Origin: Planctomycetota bacterium
GTDB taxonomy: Bacteria > Planctomycetota > GCA-002687715 > DRQF01
NCBI GenBank assembly: GCA_027001995.1
Contig: JALTLO010000099.1
Span: 742 to 53,815, forward strand
Length of the DNA: 53,074 nt
Direction: 5' to 3'
Numbering within the stretch: the first letter of the stretch is position 1; the number at the start of each line of letters is the position of its first letter. The notes beneath the pieces are model-generated. The model was not told where the DNA came from, searched no databases, and worked only from the letters and a program-made list of their open reading frames with translations. The position numbers and the translations under genes were made by a program. This document shows positions 29,042 through 38,817 of the stretch, piece by piece.

Positions 29042-30389
29042 CTGTCACCTCCCCAGGCAATGGCGTCCTCGCCAGAATACCCATCACGGTGAGAATTCCG
29101 GCGGTGAGAATCCCGTAGACCAGCAAGGCCCCCAGCAGCGCCCACCCCACCCCAGGTGCATGGGTAACTGCATCCTTTGTTCGCATGAACCCCTGAACGA
29201 TCCATGGTTGACGCCCAACCTCTGTCACCACCCAACCAGCCTCCATGGCCAGGATCGCCGCCGGACCAGAAAGAGCGACACAGAAAAGAAAAAGCCGAGA
29301 ATCTGGCAAGGCCTTTCTTCTCCACACCGCAAAGAAACTCCACGCTCCCAAGAGCAGGAGCCAAGAACCCAATCCGACCATGATCTGAAATGCCACATGC
29401 ACAATCGGTACTGGAGGCCAATCCTCTTCAGGAAACTCCTCCAGCCCCTTAACCTCGGCCTCCGGGTCGCCATAAGCCAAGATCGACAACAAGTAGGGAA
29501 CTTTCACCCCGTAGGGAACCGTTCTTGTCGCAACATCGGGTAAACCACCCAAGACAAGAGAGGCGCCCTTCTCAGTCTTAAAATGTCCCTCCATGGCAGC
29601 CAACTTCACTGGTTGATGCTCGGCCACAGCCTTCGCTGACCAATCGCCAACAACCACCTGGATTGGAGCAAAAACACAGCCCAAAGTGAGCCCGATGACC
29701 ATCCCGTGACGGTGGTAGGGAAGGTCTCTTCCCCTCAAACGATAAACTGCGTAGATCGAGGCAACTGAGAATCCTGTGACCATGTAGGCAGCGACGATCA
29801 TATGAGTGGTTTGAGACCAGATCATCGGATTGAACATAGCAGCAATGGGGTCGATCTCAGTGACACGGCCCCCCACCATTGAGAACCCCCTCGGGGTATT
29901 CATCCACGCATTGGCAGTGACTACGAACCATGCTGACATGAAACCGGAAATAGCGATGGGTACACCAGTCCACCAATGAGCTTGAGGCGACAATTTATCC
30001 CAGCCATAGAGGTAGATGCCAACGAAGATCGCTTCGATGAAGAAGGCAAACCCTTCCATCGTGAAAGGAAAACCCACAACTGCACCAAAAGTCCCCATGA
30101 ACGCAGGCCACAGCAGCCCAAGTTCGAATGAAAGAACTGTTCCAGAGACAGCCCCAGCAGCGAAGAGCACCGCAAAACCTTTGGCCCAACGCTTGGTCAG
30201 GGTGCGCCAAACTTCGTCGCCTGTTCTCAAGAACTTCGACTCGGCATAAAGCAAGAGAATCGGCAAACCCACTCCAAAACAGGCAATGATGATGTGCCAT
30301 GCCAAAGTGAAAGCCATCTGAAGACGAGCTGCCAGCAGATTTGTGAAGTCCAAACGCCACTCCTGAACGTGGCCGATATCTCGCAACAT
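29031..30389 (-). CDS. cydA: Cytochrome bd ubiquinol oxidase subunit I (short Q-loop type)
   Basis: ARLQMAFTLAWHII, GAVSGTVLSFE, EGFAFFIEA, ANAWMNTP, QPVKLAAMEG, GWVVTEVGRQPW. The true start may be TTG at 30353 (AGGAG SD). Confidence 0.96.
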   Translation of the reverse strand: MLRDIGHVQEWRLDFTNLLAARLQMAFTLAWHIIIACFGVGLPILLLYAESKFLRTGDEVWRTLTKRWAKGFAVLFAAGAVSGTVLSFELGLLWPAFMGTFGAVVGFPFTMEGFAFFIEAIFVGIYLYGWDKLSPQAHWWTGVPIAISGFMSAWFVVTANAWMNTPRGFSMVGGRVTEIDPIAAMFNPMIWSQTTHMIVAAYMVTGFSVASIYAVYRLRGRDLPYHRHGMVIGLTLGCVFAPIQVVVGDWSAKAVAEHQPVKLAAMEGHFKTEKGASLVLGGLPDVATRTVPYGVKVPYLLSILAYGDPEAEVKGLEEFPEEDWPPVPIVHVAFQIMVGLGSWLLLLGAWSFFAVWRRKALPDSRLFLFCVALSGPAAILAMEAGWVVTEVGRQPWIVQGFMRTKDAVTHAPGVGWALLGALLVYGILTAGILTVMGILARTPLPGEVTDGS

Positions 30390-30548
30390 GGCGCCTAAAC
30401 TGCTGACGACCCGAATGTTACATCGATTCCCGAAACCACTTGTTTCATCATATGACCCAAAGAATCAGTCCGCAAAAAATTAGCAGCCCACAAAAGGGGC
30501 CATAGGATCCCCCGAACGAACATCAGCAAGAAAAACTATGAACAATAT

Positions 30549-30600
30549 ATTGTCAGATTGACAATCTACTTCGAGCGGCATAGATTGTCGGCATGACAAT
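30549..30600 (+). promoter_or_regulatory. tetR promoter with two 17-bp palindromic operators
   Basis: ATTGTCAGATTGACAAT (30549-30565) and ATTGTCGGCATGACAAT (30584-30600); TTGACA (30558-30563), 17 bp, TAGATT (30581-30586). Confidence 0.8.
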
Positions 30601-31210
30601 CAACTTCTTGGGAGAAAGCAGTTTCATGGCGCGCCCGGACCTCACGGAAGAAAGAACCGAACAAATACTCGATGCCTTGGAGTATTGTATCGCCCGTTAT
30701 GGATTGGAGGGATCGTCGTTGGAAGTGGTCGCCAACCATGCCGGGGTCAAACGAAGCATTATTCGCCACTACATTGGCAACCGAGACGATCTTCTAGTGG
30801 CGCTGACAAAGCGCCTCATTCAAAGATCACTCTCCCTAATTGATTTGGTGATCGCTGCCCTACCCAAGAGGAAACGCTGCACCAAGCTCATCGACTACTT
30901 GTTTATGGACGACTCCCATGAAGCCACGGATTCTTCCATCGCCATGGACCTGCTCATCGCCGTCTCAGACCAATATCCGTCTTGTCGCGAACTCCTGGGC
31001 AGTTTCATGGAGGCCATGGTAGTCAAAGTTGCTGGCCAACTTGAGCTCTCCTATCCAAAAGCATCGAAACAAGAATGTTGGTCTGTGGCCAATGGTGTCT
31101 TGGCGAACGTCTTCGTTTCCGATTCCCTTTCTCCCCTGAAACTACCCAAACGATACAAGAAATCGTGGCGCGATTGCGCCAAGAAACTCATCGAGCATCT
31201 GGGCTCCTGA
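30593..31210 (+). CDS. TetR/AcrR family transcriptional regulator
   Basis: RTEQILDALEYCIARYGLEGSSLEVVANHAGVKRSIIRHYIGNRDDLL HTH. Alternative start at ATG 30626 (MARPDL) with a GGAG SD. Confidence 0.93.
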   Translation: MTINFLGESSFMARPDLTEERTEQILDALEYCIARYGLEGSSLEVVANHAGVKRSIIRHYIGNRDDLLVALTKRLIQRSLSLIDLVIAALPKRKRCTKLIDYLFMDDSHEATDSSIAMDLLIAVSDQYPSCRELLGSFMEAMVVKVAGQLELSYPKASKQECWSVANGVLANVFVSDSLSPLKLPKRYKKSWRDCAKKLIEHLGS

Positions 31211-31256
31211 CTCACATCACCCTCTCATCCCCAACAAACTCTCTCAGGAAATATCC

Positions 31257-33080
31257 ATGCACACAACAGTAGAAGAAACCCCGGTCCTTGTTGAGAAGAC
31301 TCAGAGGTTCATCGGTTTCGATGTCGCACGCTGCTTAGCATTCTTCGGTATGGTCGTCGTCAACTACAAGGTCGTTATGCAAGGGACAGATGCCATGAGC
31401 CCAGCTTGGCTGAACGATTTCCTCAGCCTGTTTTCCGGACGAGCGGCAGCCACCTTCGTCGTCTTGGCTGGGGTCGGGTTAGCCCTCCTTTACAAGGCCA
31501 AGACAAATCGGGACCCAAACCCCCTATCACGAAAAGGCATCGCCAAGAGTTTCTTTCGGCACGGGGGCTTACTCCTTTTCCTTCTATCCTCGTTGGTCAT
31601 CATCGATCAGCACATAAAAGCCAGCGCTGATTCCGGCACAGTGGAAACTCCCGGGATGACCAGCCCCGGTTCCAACGAAGTACTCTTTGACAACATCGAA
31701 CAAGCCTTCTTGAATTTAGGAGAAACAGCAACAAGCAGCTTCCTTTTCTGGAGCACCCTCATCGTTTCAGTCTTGGTTTTGCTGTTGTTTCTTTCGGGCA
31801 AACACGGAAATCGCGCCGAAGCCATCGTCTTCAGGCGGATTCTCTTCTTGGCTGCCCTGGGCTACGTCTGGTATCCCCTCTGGACTGGTGACATTCTCCA
31901 TTTCTACGCCGGATACTTCTTCATCGGTCTTTTTCTCCTGCGGGGGAGAGCTTGGCTCTTGGCGTGCATTGCCTTGGCCCTTCTGGTGACAACAGTCTTC
32001 GCCAGGTTCCAATGGCCATTTTTTGATGGTTGGTCCTTGGAATGCCTGGAGTACCGCAACATCTTCACGGCCACCGGAGCAGCTCGCAACCTCCTTTACA
32101 ATGGCTGGCACCCCATCGCCCCATGGATGTGCTTCTTTATTGTCGGCATGCTTATCGCAAAGACCCCATTCAAGAAGAGATCAATCATGGCTGGAATGAT
32201 CGCTCTCGGAGCGGTCTTATCCTATGTCGGTTATCAGGGTGAGAATTGGTATGGGGATTGGCGACAGGATCGTTTCGTCACAGCCTTCCGCACTGAGTCA
32301 TCCGGAATCGAAAACGCAAAGACAAAGAAGCCCAATAGAAAAGTCGTCATCGAGGACAGTATTGATCAAGAGGAGCACAAAGACCTCATTCAATCTGCCA
32401 AGAAAATGAACACAATCATGCGCTTCGACGACACCCGGCCTATTGCAGTGAAGACCGCATTTCACGTCCGCGATCATGGCAAAGATGGCCCTCGTGTTCA
32501 TATGTCTTTGTTCGAAAAGAAAAAAGGAAGCCTCACCCCAAGAGACTTCAACAAATTCCTCGACTACGTCATTCAATGGATCGCTTTCAATGACGCCCTG
32601 CCCAGAGCAGCCCGTTGGCCGACAAATATTTTCCCCATAGCCATCGAACAGAGATTTGCAAATCAGTCGAACTCCGACACGGTCTGGTTAGACCCAGAAT
32701 CTGTTCGTCAGCATAACGTGATGACATCTATGGGCTCAGTCTCTTCACTGCCCCCAGGACCTCTTTACGTCCTCTCCGCCACGGGAATAGCCCTCTTGGT
32801 CATCGGCTCTTGCTTGCTTATTTCGTCCTTCGCTTGGACCCACAAACTACTCACTCCCTTGGTAAGAACCGGACAAATGGCCCTCACTCTCTACGTCGCT
32901 CACATCATCGTGGGATTCGGGGTCGCAGAAGAACTGGGCAAGCTCCAAGGGGAGGACCTGAAGTTCATCGCGTTCTTCATTATCTTAGCCCAAGTGCTGA
33001 GTGTTTCCTTCGCCTGTTGGTGGCGTAGCTTCTTTAAGCGAGGCCCTCTAGAAGCCCTCATGCGTGTGATTACGGGATGA
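31257..33080 (+). CDS. DUF418/YeiB-like membrane protein with large soluble insertions
   Basis: RFIGFDVARCLA, GRAAATFVVLAGVG, DILHFYA, GQMALTLYVAH, RGPLEALMR. Confidence 0.88.
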   Translation: MHTTVEETPVLVEKTQRFIGFDVARCLAFFGMVVVNYKVVMQGTDAMSPAWLNDFLSLFSGRAAATFVVLAGVGLALLYKAKTNRDPNPLSRKGIAKSFFRHGGLLLFLLSSLVIIDQHIKASADSGTVETPGMTSPGSNEVLFDNIEQAFLNLGETATSSFLFWSTLIVSVLVLLLFLSGKHGNRAEAIVFRRILFLAALGYVWYPLWTGDILHFYAGYFFIGLFLLRGRAWLLACIALALLVTTVFARFQWPFFDGWSLECLEYRNIFTATGAARNLLYNGWHPIAPWMCFFIVGMLIAKTPFKKRSIMAGMIALGAVLSYVGYQGENWYGDWRQDRFVTAFRTESSGIENAKTKKPNRKVVIEDSIDQEEHKDLIQSAKKMNTIMRFDDTRPIAVKTAFHVRDHGKDGPRVHMSLFEKKKGSLTPRDFNKFLDYVIQWIAFNDALPRAARWPTNIFPIAIEQRFANQSNSDTVWLDPESVRQHNVMTSMGSVSSLPPGPLYVLSATGIALLVIGSCLLISSFAWTHKLLTPLVRTGQMALTLYVAHIIVGFGVAEELGKLQGEDLKFIAFFIILAQVLSVSFACWWRSFFKRGPLEALMRVITG

Positions 33081-33092
33081 GAAAGGGCAACA

Positions 33093-33911
33093 CTATGCCT
33101 TCCGTAAGATGATGTCAGCCATCGTGGGTGCAATCACCTGACTGTTGCTGTCTTCACCTGCCCGTTCCCAGGATTCAAAGAATGCTGAAAAGGCCTCTGT
33201 AGTCATGATGCCACGTTCAACGAGGCGAGGAAGGTAGTTACGGTAAAACTCATCCAACCACGTCCACACAAGAGACCCCGGTGAACCCGAGCGGGTAACA
33301 ACTTCAAAGTGCTCAACCACAAGGCCGAGCTTGCTGGCAAGAGCGGGGATGGGAACTGATGCGTTGATCATGCCACCCCCTTGACGCCAACTTTCAAGAC
33401 AGGCGGCAACGCCACCGTCGAACGCTTCGCTTTTGGGCAACATATTCATGGTGCCCCAATTGAGATATTCTTGAAGAGCGTAAAATCCTCCTGGGCGCAA
33501 AGCTTGGGCTATTTGTTCGAGGACACCTGTTGGGTCCGAAAGCCAAGAGAGAATCCAACGGCCATAGGCTGCATCGATGCTTGCTGGCTCAAGGTCGAGG
33601 GACTCAACTGAGCACACCTGCCCGGCGACTTGGGTCAGTCCACGGCGCTCCGATTCAGATATGAGTTCCTCGATGAAAACACGGCTTTCATCAGTGCCAA
33701 TAACCCGCCCTTTGAGGCCCACGAAATGAGCTAGATCAAAAGTAGTCAACCCAGGCCCGCAACCAAGATCGACAACAGTGGCGCCGCATTTCAATCCTGC
33801 TCGCCCCAGCAAAGAATACATCTGCTCAATCCAAGCCCGGTGTTGTCTGGCTAAGCGCCGGGACTCGCTAGCGTCCGTCCCGAGAATGTAAGAATCGTCG
33901 GCCTCTGACAT
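33093..33911 (-). CDS. Class I SAM-dependent methyltransferase
   Basis: YILG...ESRRLARQ, VVDLGCGPG, ALRPGG. Confidence 0.9.
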   Translation of the reverse strand: MSEADDSYILGTDASESRRLARQHRAWIEQMYSLLGRAGLKCGATVVDLGCGPGLTTFDLAHFVGLKGRVIGTDESRVFIEELISESERRGLTQVAGQVCSVESLDLEPASIDAAYGRWILSWLSDPTGVLEQIAQALRPGGFYALQEYLNWGTMNMLPKSEAFDGGVAACLESWRQGGGMINASVPIPALASKLGLVVEHFEVVTRSGSPGSLVWTWLDEFYRNYLPRLVERGIMTTEAFSAFFESWERAGEDSNSQVIAPTMADIILRKA

Positions 33912-33952
33912 CTATTTCATCCTCATCACAAGTAGAGAAGAGAATCGTCGAC

Positions 33953-34951
33953 TTACTGATCAAATTCGGGGTGAATCCCGGTACTACGGATGATACTGGT
34001 ATCCCATAGTTCACAGTTGGTTGGTTCTGAAGAACGAATCTCACAATCTTCAAGATTGCAGGCCGAGCAATGTCTCGGCTGGCAGGGATCAATATGAATG
34101 ATTGCTTCCAGATCCTCTTGGATGGACTCCTTAAGGGCGGCTTCAAGTTCATCGCTGCGATTGTGGATACGCGTCAGTTCCCAAAACCGTGGCATGAAAA
34201 TGTGGAAGTCGATGTTGAGGTTCGAACCCGCTCGCCTGGCCCGCAATTGATGAGGCTGGAGATCACCGGGCTTCCTGGCGGCGTTGAGAGTATTGACAAT
34301 CTCAGTGAGGACATCGTCATCAGCCTCGTCCAAGAGCTTGCCAACGGAAGTACGCACCAACTTGTAGCCTGATATGAGAATATTGATCGCCAAAATCACA
34401 GCGATAATGGGGTCGATGATATTGAGGCCAGTAAATCCAACGGCGATCAAACTAGCAATGACCCCGGCGGAAGTTGCCACATCTGTCATCAAGTGAACAC
34501 CGTCCGCCTCAATTGCCAACGATTTGGATTCTTTGCCAACCCGGATGAGATGGAGACCCAGAACCGCGTTGACCAAAGCAGCGCCTCCGGTGATTGCCAT
34601 GCCCCAGCCCAACTTGGTGATCTCTGGTGGCGTGATAAGAGCCGGAATAGCCGCAGCCATAATCACCAGGGCCGCACCGACAATGAGCGCACCCTCGAAT
34701 CCCGCCGAGAAAAACTCCACCTTTCCGTGACCGTAGGGATGATTCTCATCAGCCGGCATCGCACTGACCCGAATGGCGAAATAGGCGAATGCTGCGGCGA
34801 AGACGTTGATAATGCTCTCGGCCGCATCAGAAAGGACTGCCGACGAACCCGTCATCTGCCAAGCGACGAACTTGGAAGCCGTCAGCATGGATCCAACAAT
34901 CAGTGACAAACGGGCTGCCGCCAACTTCCTTTTATCGTTCGCCGAGATCAT
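33953..34951 (-). CDS. Cation diffusion facilitator (FieF-like) transporter
   Basis: SSAVLSDAAES, PADENHPYGHGKVE, ADGVHLMTD, IHIDPC. ATG 34951 overlaps the upstream stop (ATGA). Confidence 0.93.
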   Translation of the reverse strand: MISANDKRKLAAARLSLIVGSMLTASKFVAWQMTGSSAVLSDAAESIINVFAAAFAYFAIRVSAMPADENHPYGHGKVEFFSAGFEGALIVGAALVIMAAAIPALITPPEITKLGWGMAITGGAALVNAVLGLHLIRVGKESKSLAIEADGVHLMTDVATSAGVIASLIAVGFTGLNIIDPIIAVILAINILISGYKLVRTSVGKLLDEADDDVLTEIVNTLNAARKPGDLQPHQLRARRAGSNLNIDFHIFMPRFWELTRIHNRSDELEAALKESIQEDLEAIIHIDPCQPRHCSACNLEDCEIRSSEPTNCELWDTSIIRSTGIHPEFDQ

Positions 34952-35256
34952 GATCTGCCTATTGTTGAAAAGAGTATCAAGGCCACAAGGACTAACACCA
35001 CGATCACAATCCAAGTCGATGAACCACCACTCCTGCCTTCACGTCCCATAGTAACGTAAGCACCGCAAATCGCACATCGCTCCGAATCGTCATAGATCAT
35101 CGCCCCACAACTGGGACAAGGCGCTTCTGTTTCTTCTTGCACCCATTCGTCGTCACCTGTGCAATAGGGGCATTCATCCAAGAACGCTGGCAATTCGGTG
35201 CCACAGCCTCCACAGGTGATCGAACCGTCGCTCTCATCAAAGTGAACATCAACCAT
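34948..35256 (-). CDS. Double zinc-ribbon protein with a C-terminal TM helix
   Basis: CGGC/CPYC and CPSC/CAIC pairs; hydrophobic tail. Confidence 0.8.
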   Translation of the reverse strand: MVDVHFDESDGSITCGGCGTELPAFLDECPYCTGDDEWVQEETEAPCPSCGAMIYDDSERCAICGAYVTMGREGRSGGSSTWIVIVVLVLVALILFSTIGRS

Positions 35257-35298
35257 GGCTGGATCCTATCACCGTTGAAGCCAAGCGAAAATCGATCT

Positions 35299-35961
35299 TC
35301 ACAGTAAACAAGGATTTATTGACAAGACGAAGTCATTGAATAGTCGATTCGATTGTGCGGAAAGCAGTTGAGCACCCTCAAACTTCTCTTGCCTGAAGAC
35401 CCATCGCCAATCAATACGCTTGATACGGGCCATTAAGGGCTTGGAAGCCGGGACGAAACTCCAATGCCATGGCTCGGCCAAGAATCCGCCACGGAAGTCC
35501 TCGTAAGGTTTGGCAAAGCCATAGGACGCCCCATGTTCTTCCAGCCAAAGATTGGCCGAGGCACATGGTCCGCCCTCTTCCCAATCTTCGGGTTCGAGCC
35601 TTGCCTCATCCACGAGTTCACCAGCGACAATGTCAATTTCGCACCCCCAATGATGTCTGGACCAACCGGGAGGAGCGCTAAACTCCATAACCCGACAAAG
35701 AGACGATTGTGGGTCTCCGAACTGGGCGAGAGCTCCTCGAAATTTCGCATTCCAGATCTGGGTTTGACGATCAACACTCCGAAATCCCGACGCTGCCCCG
35801 AGACGAATGCCATCCTCGGCGGCACTCCTGACCATCACCTCAAAGGGATGTGCCACAACGGCAAGAACCTCAACATAATGATCTTTTGCCGATGTGACTG
35901 AGATCAAATGGTCAGGAAGCGCCTCCAAGCCGGACTCGCGCAAAATGGCCGTCAAGCTCAT
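35299..35961 (-). CDS. M15B D-alanyl-D-alanine carboxypeptidase (VanY-like)
   Basis: SGFRS...Q, SAPPGWSRHHWGCEID, WL..HG..YGF, EPWHW. Confidence 0.92.
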   Translation of the reverse strand: MSLTAILRESGLEALPDHLISVTSAKDHYVEVLAVVAHPFEVMVRSAAEDGIRLGAASGFRSVDRQTQIWNAKFRGALAQFGDPQSSLCRVMEFSAPPGWSRHHWGCEIDIVAGELVDEARLEPEDWEEGGPCASANLWLEEHGASYGFAKPYEDFRGGFLAEPWHWSFVPASKPLMARIKRIDWRWVFRQEKFEGAQLLSAQSNRLFNDFVLSINPCLL

Positions 35962-36962
35962 TTCTTCTCCTTGGGGACGTCACGCACGATGTCGAGAATT
36001 CGATCATGGAGGATCTTTGCCTTCTTATACTTGGGGTGCCGGTCGACAACCTGAGCCACCTGCAAGCGGGCCCGATGGTAGTCTCCACTATTGAAGAGCG
36101 ATTGGGCATAGAGATAACGGGGCTCTGGAGACCCAGGGTCGGCGGCGACACAAGCGGAGTAGGGCTCAATAGCTGATTCAAACAAGCCATTGGCAAAGTA
36201 GATGTCTGCTAACCTGCGAATCAATTGAATCTGATCCGGTTTCTCGCGCAACGCTCGCTTAATGCGGCTGATCTCATCGGAGTATTTGACAATTTCCTGA
36301 TAACGCGCAGCCCAGATCGACGCGCTTTTCTTGTCTTTGAGGCGCCTATAGGCTAAGGCAACATTGTGAGCAGCGGCGTGATGAAGAGGGTCCAAATCGA
36401 GGGTCTTTTTGAACTGGGCAATCCCCTGGGAGATCATCTTCTTCTTCAGCAATGCCAACCCCAGCCGATAGTGGGCCTTAGGCATGGAATCATCATGCCG
36501 TAGGGCCTTCTTGAAGTACTTGATAGCCACATCAATGTCGCCCTTGTGCCAAGCGACCAGACCAAGACAAAAGTTGCCGTTTGCTTTAAGCCTTTCATTT
36601 CGGCCGTCAGATGCCATGGATTCGGCGTAGGGAATAGCTTCCTCCAAACGATTACTGCGAATCAGCGCAAGAGGGAAATGTGTCACCAATGAGCCCAGTT
36701 TCTTGTCAATCTTAATGCCAGCCTCAAAGGCTTTTGCTGCTTCTGACCATCTCGAACGAGCAAAGAAACACTCTCCCAAAAGAATGCGAATTTCGCCGTC
36801 GTCCTTGATCCTCTCACATGCTTTCGTGAGATACGAAATAGCATCTTCGTAGTTCAACCGCGCCATGTAGCGCTCGGCCCGCCTCTTAACATAGCGCGGA
36901 TCATTCTCGAACTGGGCCCAAAGAGTCGAAGTCAGAACGCAAAGCAATAGGATGACCTTCAT
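35958..36962 (-). CDS. Secreted TPR-repeat protein
   Basis: Signal peptide and multiple TPR motifs (for example AHYRLGLALLKK...LDLDP); ATGA overlaps with both neighbours. Confidence 0.9.
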   Translation of the reverse strand: MKVILLLCVLTSTLWAQFENDPRYVKRRAERYMARLNYEDAISYLTKACERIKDDGEIRILLGECFFARSRWSEAAKAFEAGIKIDKKLGSLVTHFPLALIRSNRLEEAIPYAESMASDGRNERLKANGNFCLGLVAWHKGDIDVAIKYFKKALRHDDSMPKAHYRLGLALLKKKMISQGIAQFKKTLDLDPLHHAAAHNVALAYRRLKDKKSASIWAARYQEIVKYSDEISRIKRALREKPDQIQLIRRLADIYFANGLFESAIEPYSACVAADPGSPEPRYLYAQSLFNSGDYHRARLQVAQVVDRHPKYKKAKILHDRILDIVRDVPKEKK

Positions 36963-38671
36963 TTGCCAGCTCCTTCGACCAAATTGTTGTAAGTGTTTGG
37001 TTTCACGTTGAAAATCTCAACCTTGCCTGAGGGCCAGCGAACTCGCATCGCCGAGAAAACTCCTGCAAACACAACCCGACCGTCGTTGGTTGATTGAAAC
37101 GAAGCATGTCGCCGAATGGTCTTGGACAATTTCCCGTCAACTGTTGAGACAGATGCCCCCAAGCCCTGGGTGTTTTCACTCTTGCTTTGACAAGACACGC
37201 CGATAAATGAGGGGCCATCATCTCCATCCCGCACTTTGTTCTCAATAAGAGTCGGCTGATCATTGAGATTGCAAACTATCACATCGACATCACCGTCATT
37301 GTCGAGATCACCAAAAGCCGCACCTCGAGAGACTTTCTTGACGGCCAAAGCTGGGTGCTTTAACTGAGAGAGCAGGCGAAAACGATTGTCGTCCTCACCG
37401 ACATAGACCTGATTGAATTGAGGGTAGTCCGTGGCCGTGCCGGTCTTAGCTGCTTGAGGGTAAACATGCCCATTGGCAACGAAGAGGTCTTGTTTTCCGT
37501 CCAAATCGAAATCGATGAAACCAACCCCCCAGCCCAAAGAGGCAAGACTTCCTAAGGCCGTGCCAGCAGTGGCGGAAGATTCCAGGTAGAAACCAGATTC
37601 ATCACTCATATAGAGGTTGTTGACTTCTCCGCTGAAGTTGGTGCACACGATGTCTTCTATGCCGTCGCCGTTTAGATCGCAGGCGTCGAGCCCCATCCCT
37701 GCCTGAGCTGCGCCGTCCTCGCTCACAGCTAAGCCCACTTCCCAGGCTTCTTCTTTGAACTTCTGAGTCTCGGCATCAAATCGAAGCAAGAAATTGGCCA
37801 TAGCATCATTGGCAACGTAAAGATCACAATTGCCATCTGAATCGAAGTCACCGGCGATCACTCCCAAACCATAGGAAGAAGGCAAATCCGTTAGACCCCA
37901 CGCTTCGCCAGCATCAGAAAACCGTCCCCGGCCATCATTGCGGAAGACAACATCCTTTTGAGGGGCAAGTCCTTTCGGACCACACATGACCTTTTCCCCC
38001 TTCCATTTGCAACTGAAGCCAGGCATGCCATCTTCCGGTGGTTGAGCAAAATCAAAGTCGAGATAGTTGCAGAGATAGAGGTCGAGGTCACCGTCCCCAT
38101 CGATGTCAGCAAATGCGGCGCTCGTCCCCCAACCGGGGTCATCGAGTCCAAATGCCTTGCTATGGTCTTCAAACACCCCTTCATTGTTAATGAGCAAGAC
38201 ATTTCGCCCAATTTGAGTGACGTAAAGATCATCATCGCCATCGCCGTCCACATCGGCGCAAATCGGGGCACAAGCCCAGCCCCATTTGATGCGAGACATA
38301 CCGGTAGCATCGCTGACATCTTCGAACTTAAGATTGCCTAAATTGCGAAACAACCGGACACCATAGCCAGCCTTGTTCTCTCGAGCCCGCTCCAAGGTTG
38401 AGCCCGCCACAAGAACGATGTCCAAGAACCCATCCTTGTCATAGTCCATAAGCCCAACGCCCGTTGACTTAACTTCGCAGATATACTCTTGCTTCAGGGT
38501 TCCACTCTTGGTTTTGAAGGTGAGACCACTATTGGGCGTCCGGTCTATCAGCGTGAACTGGGCTTGGGATTGGCGCTTTCGAGGAGCTGGATCGTCTCCG
38601 TCACCACAGGCGAAGAGACCAAAACTCAACACTGCGAGAATCAAAGCAAAGAGTGAATAGGGACGGGACAT
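36959..38671 (-). CDS. CRTAC1 family (FG-GAP/VCBS plus ASPIC-UnbV) lipoprotein
   Basis: DYDKDGFLDI and DIDGDGDLDLY repeats, SRGAAFGDLDNDGDVD, VRWPSG; lipobox LFA-C; GGAGG SD. Confidence 0.92.
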   Translation of the reverse strand: MSRPYSLFALILAVLSFGLFACGDGDDPAPRKRQSQAQFTLIDRTPNSGLTFKTKSGTLKQEYICEVKSTGVGLMDYDKDGFLDIVLVAGSTLERARENKAGYGVRLFRNLGNLKFEDVSDATGMSRIKWGWACAPICADVDGDGDDDLYVTQIGRNVLLINNEGVFEDHSKAFGLDDPGWGTSAAFADIDGDGDLDLYLCNYLDFDFAQPPEDGMPGFSCKWKGEKVMCGPKGLAPQKDVVFRNDGRGRFSDAGEAWGLTDLPSSYGLGVIAGDFDSDGNCDLYVANDAMANFLLRFDAETQKFKEEAWEVGLAVSEDGAAQAGMGLDACDLNGDGIEDIVCTNFSGEVNNLYMSDESGFYLESSATAGTALGSLASLGWGVGFIDFDLDGKQDLFVANGHVYPQAAKTGTATDYPQFNQVYVGEDDNRFRLLSQLKHPALAVKKVSRGAAFGDLDNDGDVDVIVCNLNDQPTLIENKVRDGDDGPSFIGVSCQSKSENTQGLGASVSTVDGKLSKTIRRHASFQSTNDGRVVFAGVFSAMRVRWPSGKVEIFNVKPNTYNNLVEGAGK

Positions 38672-38817
38672 GCGTAGGGACCTCCGCCCAAAGGATACGG
38701 ATATAGGTCCAAGAGTCGTAGCCCTTGTCGAAAAAATGCCCGGAGATTGTTTCTGCCGACTTGCTGGAAGAGCGATGAGCCCCGTGGTTCTGTCTCAGTT
38801 GGCACTCAGCACGTCAG

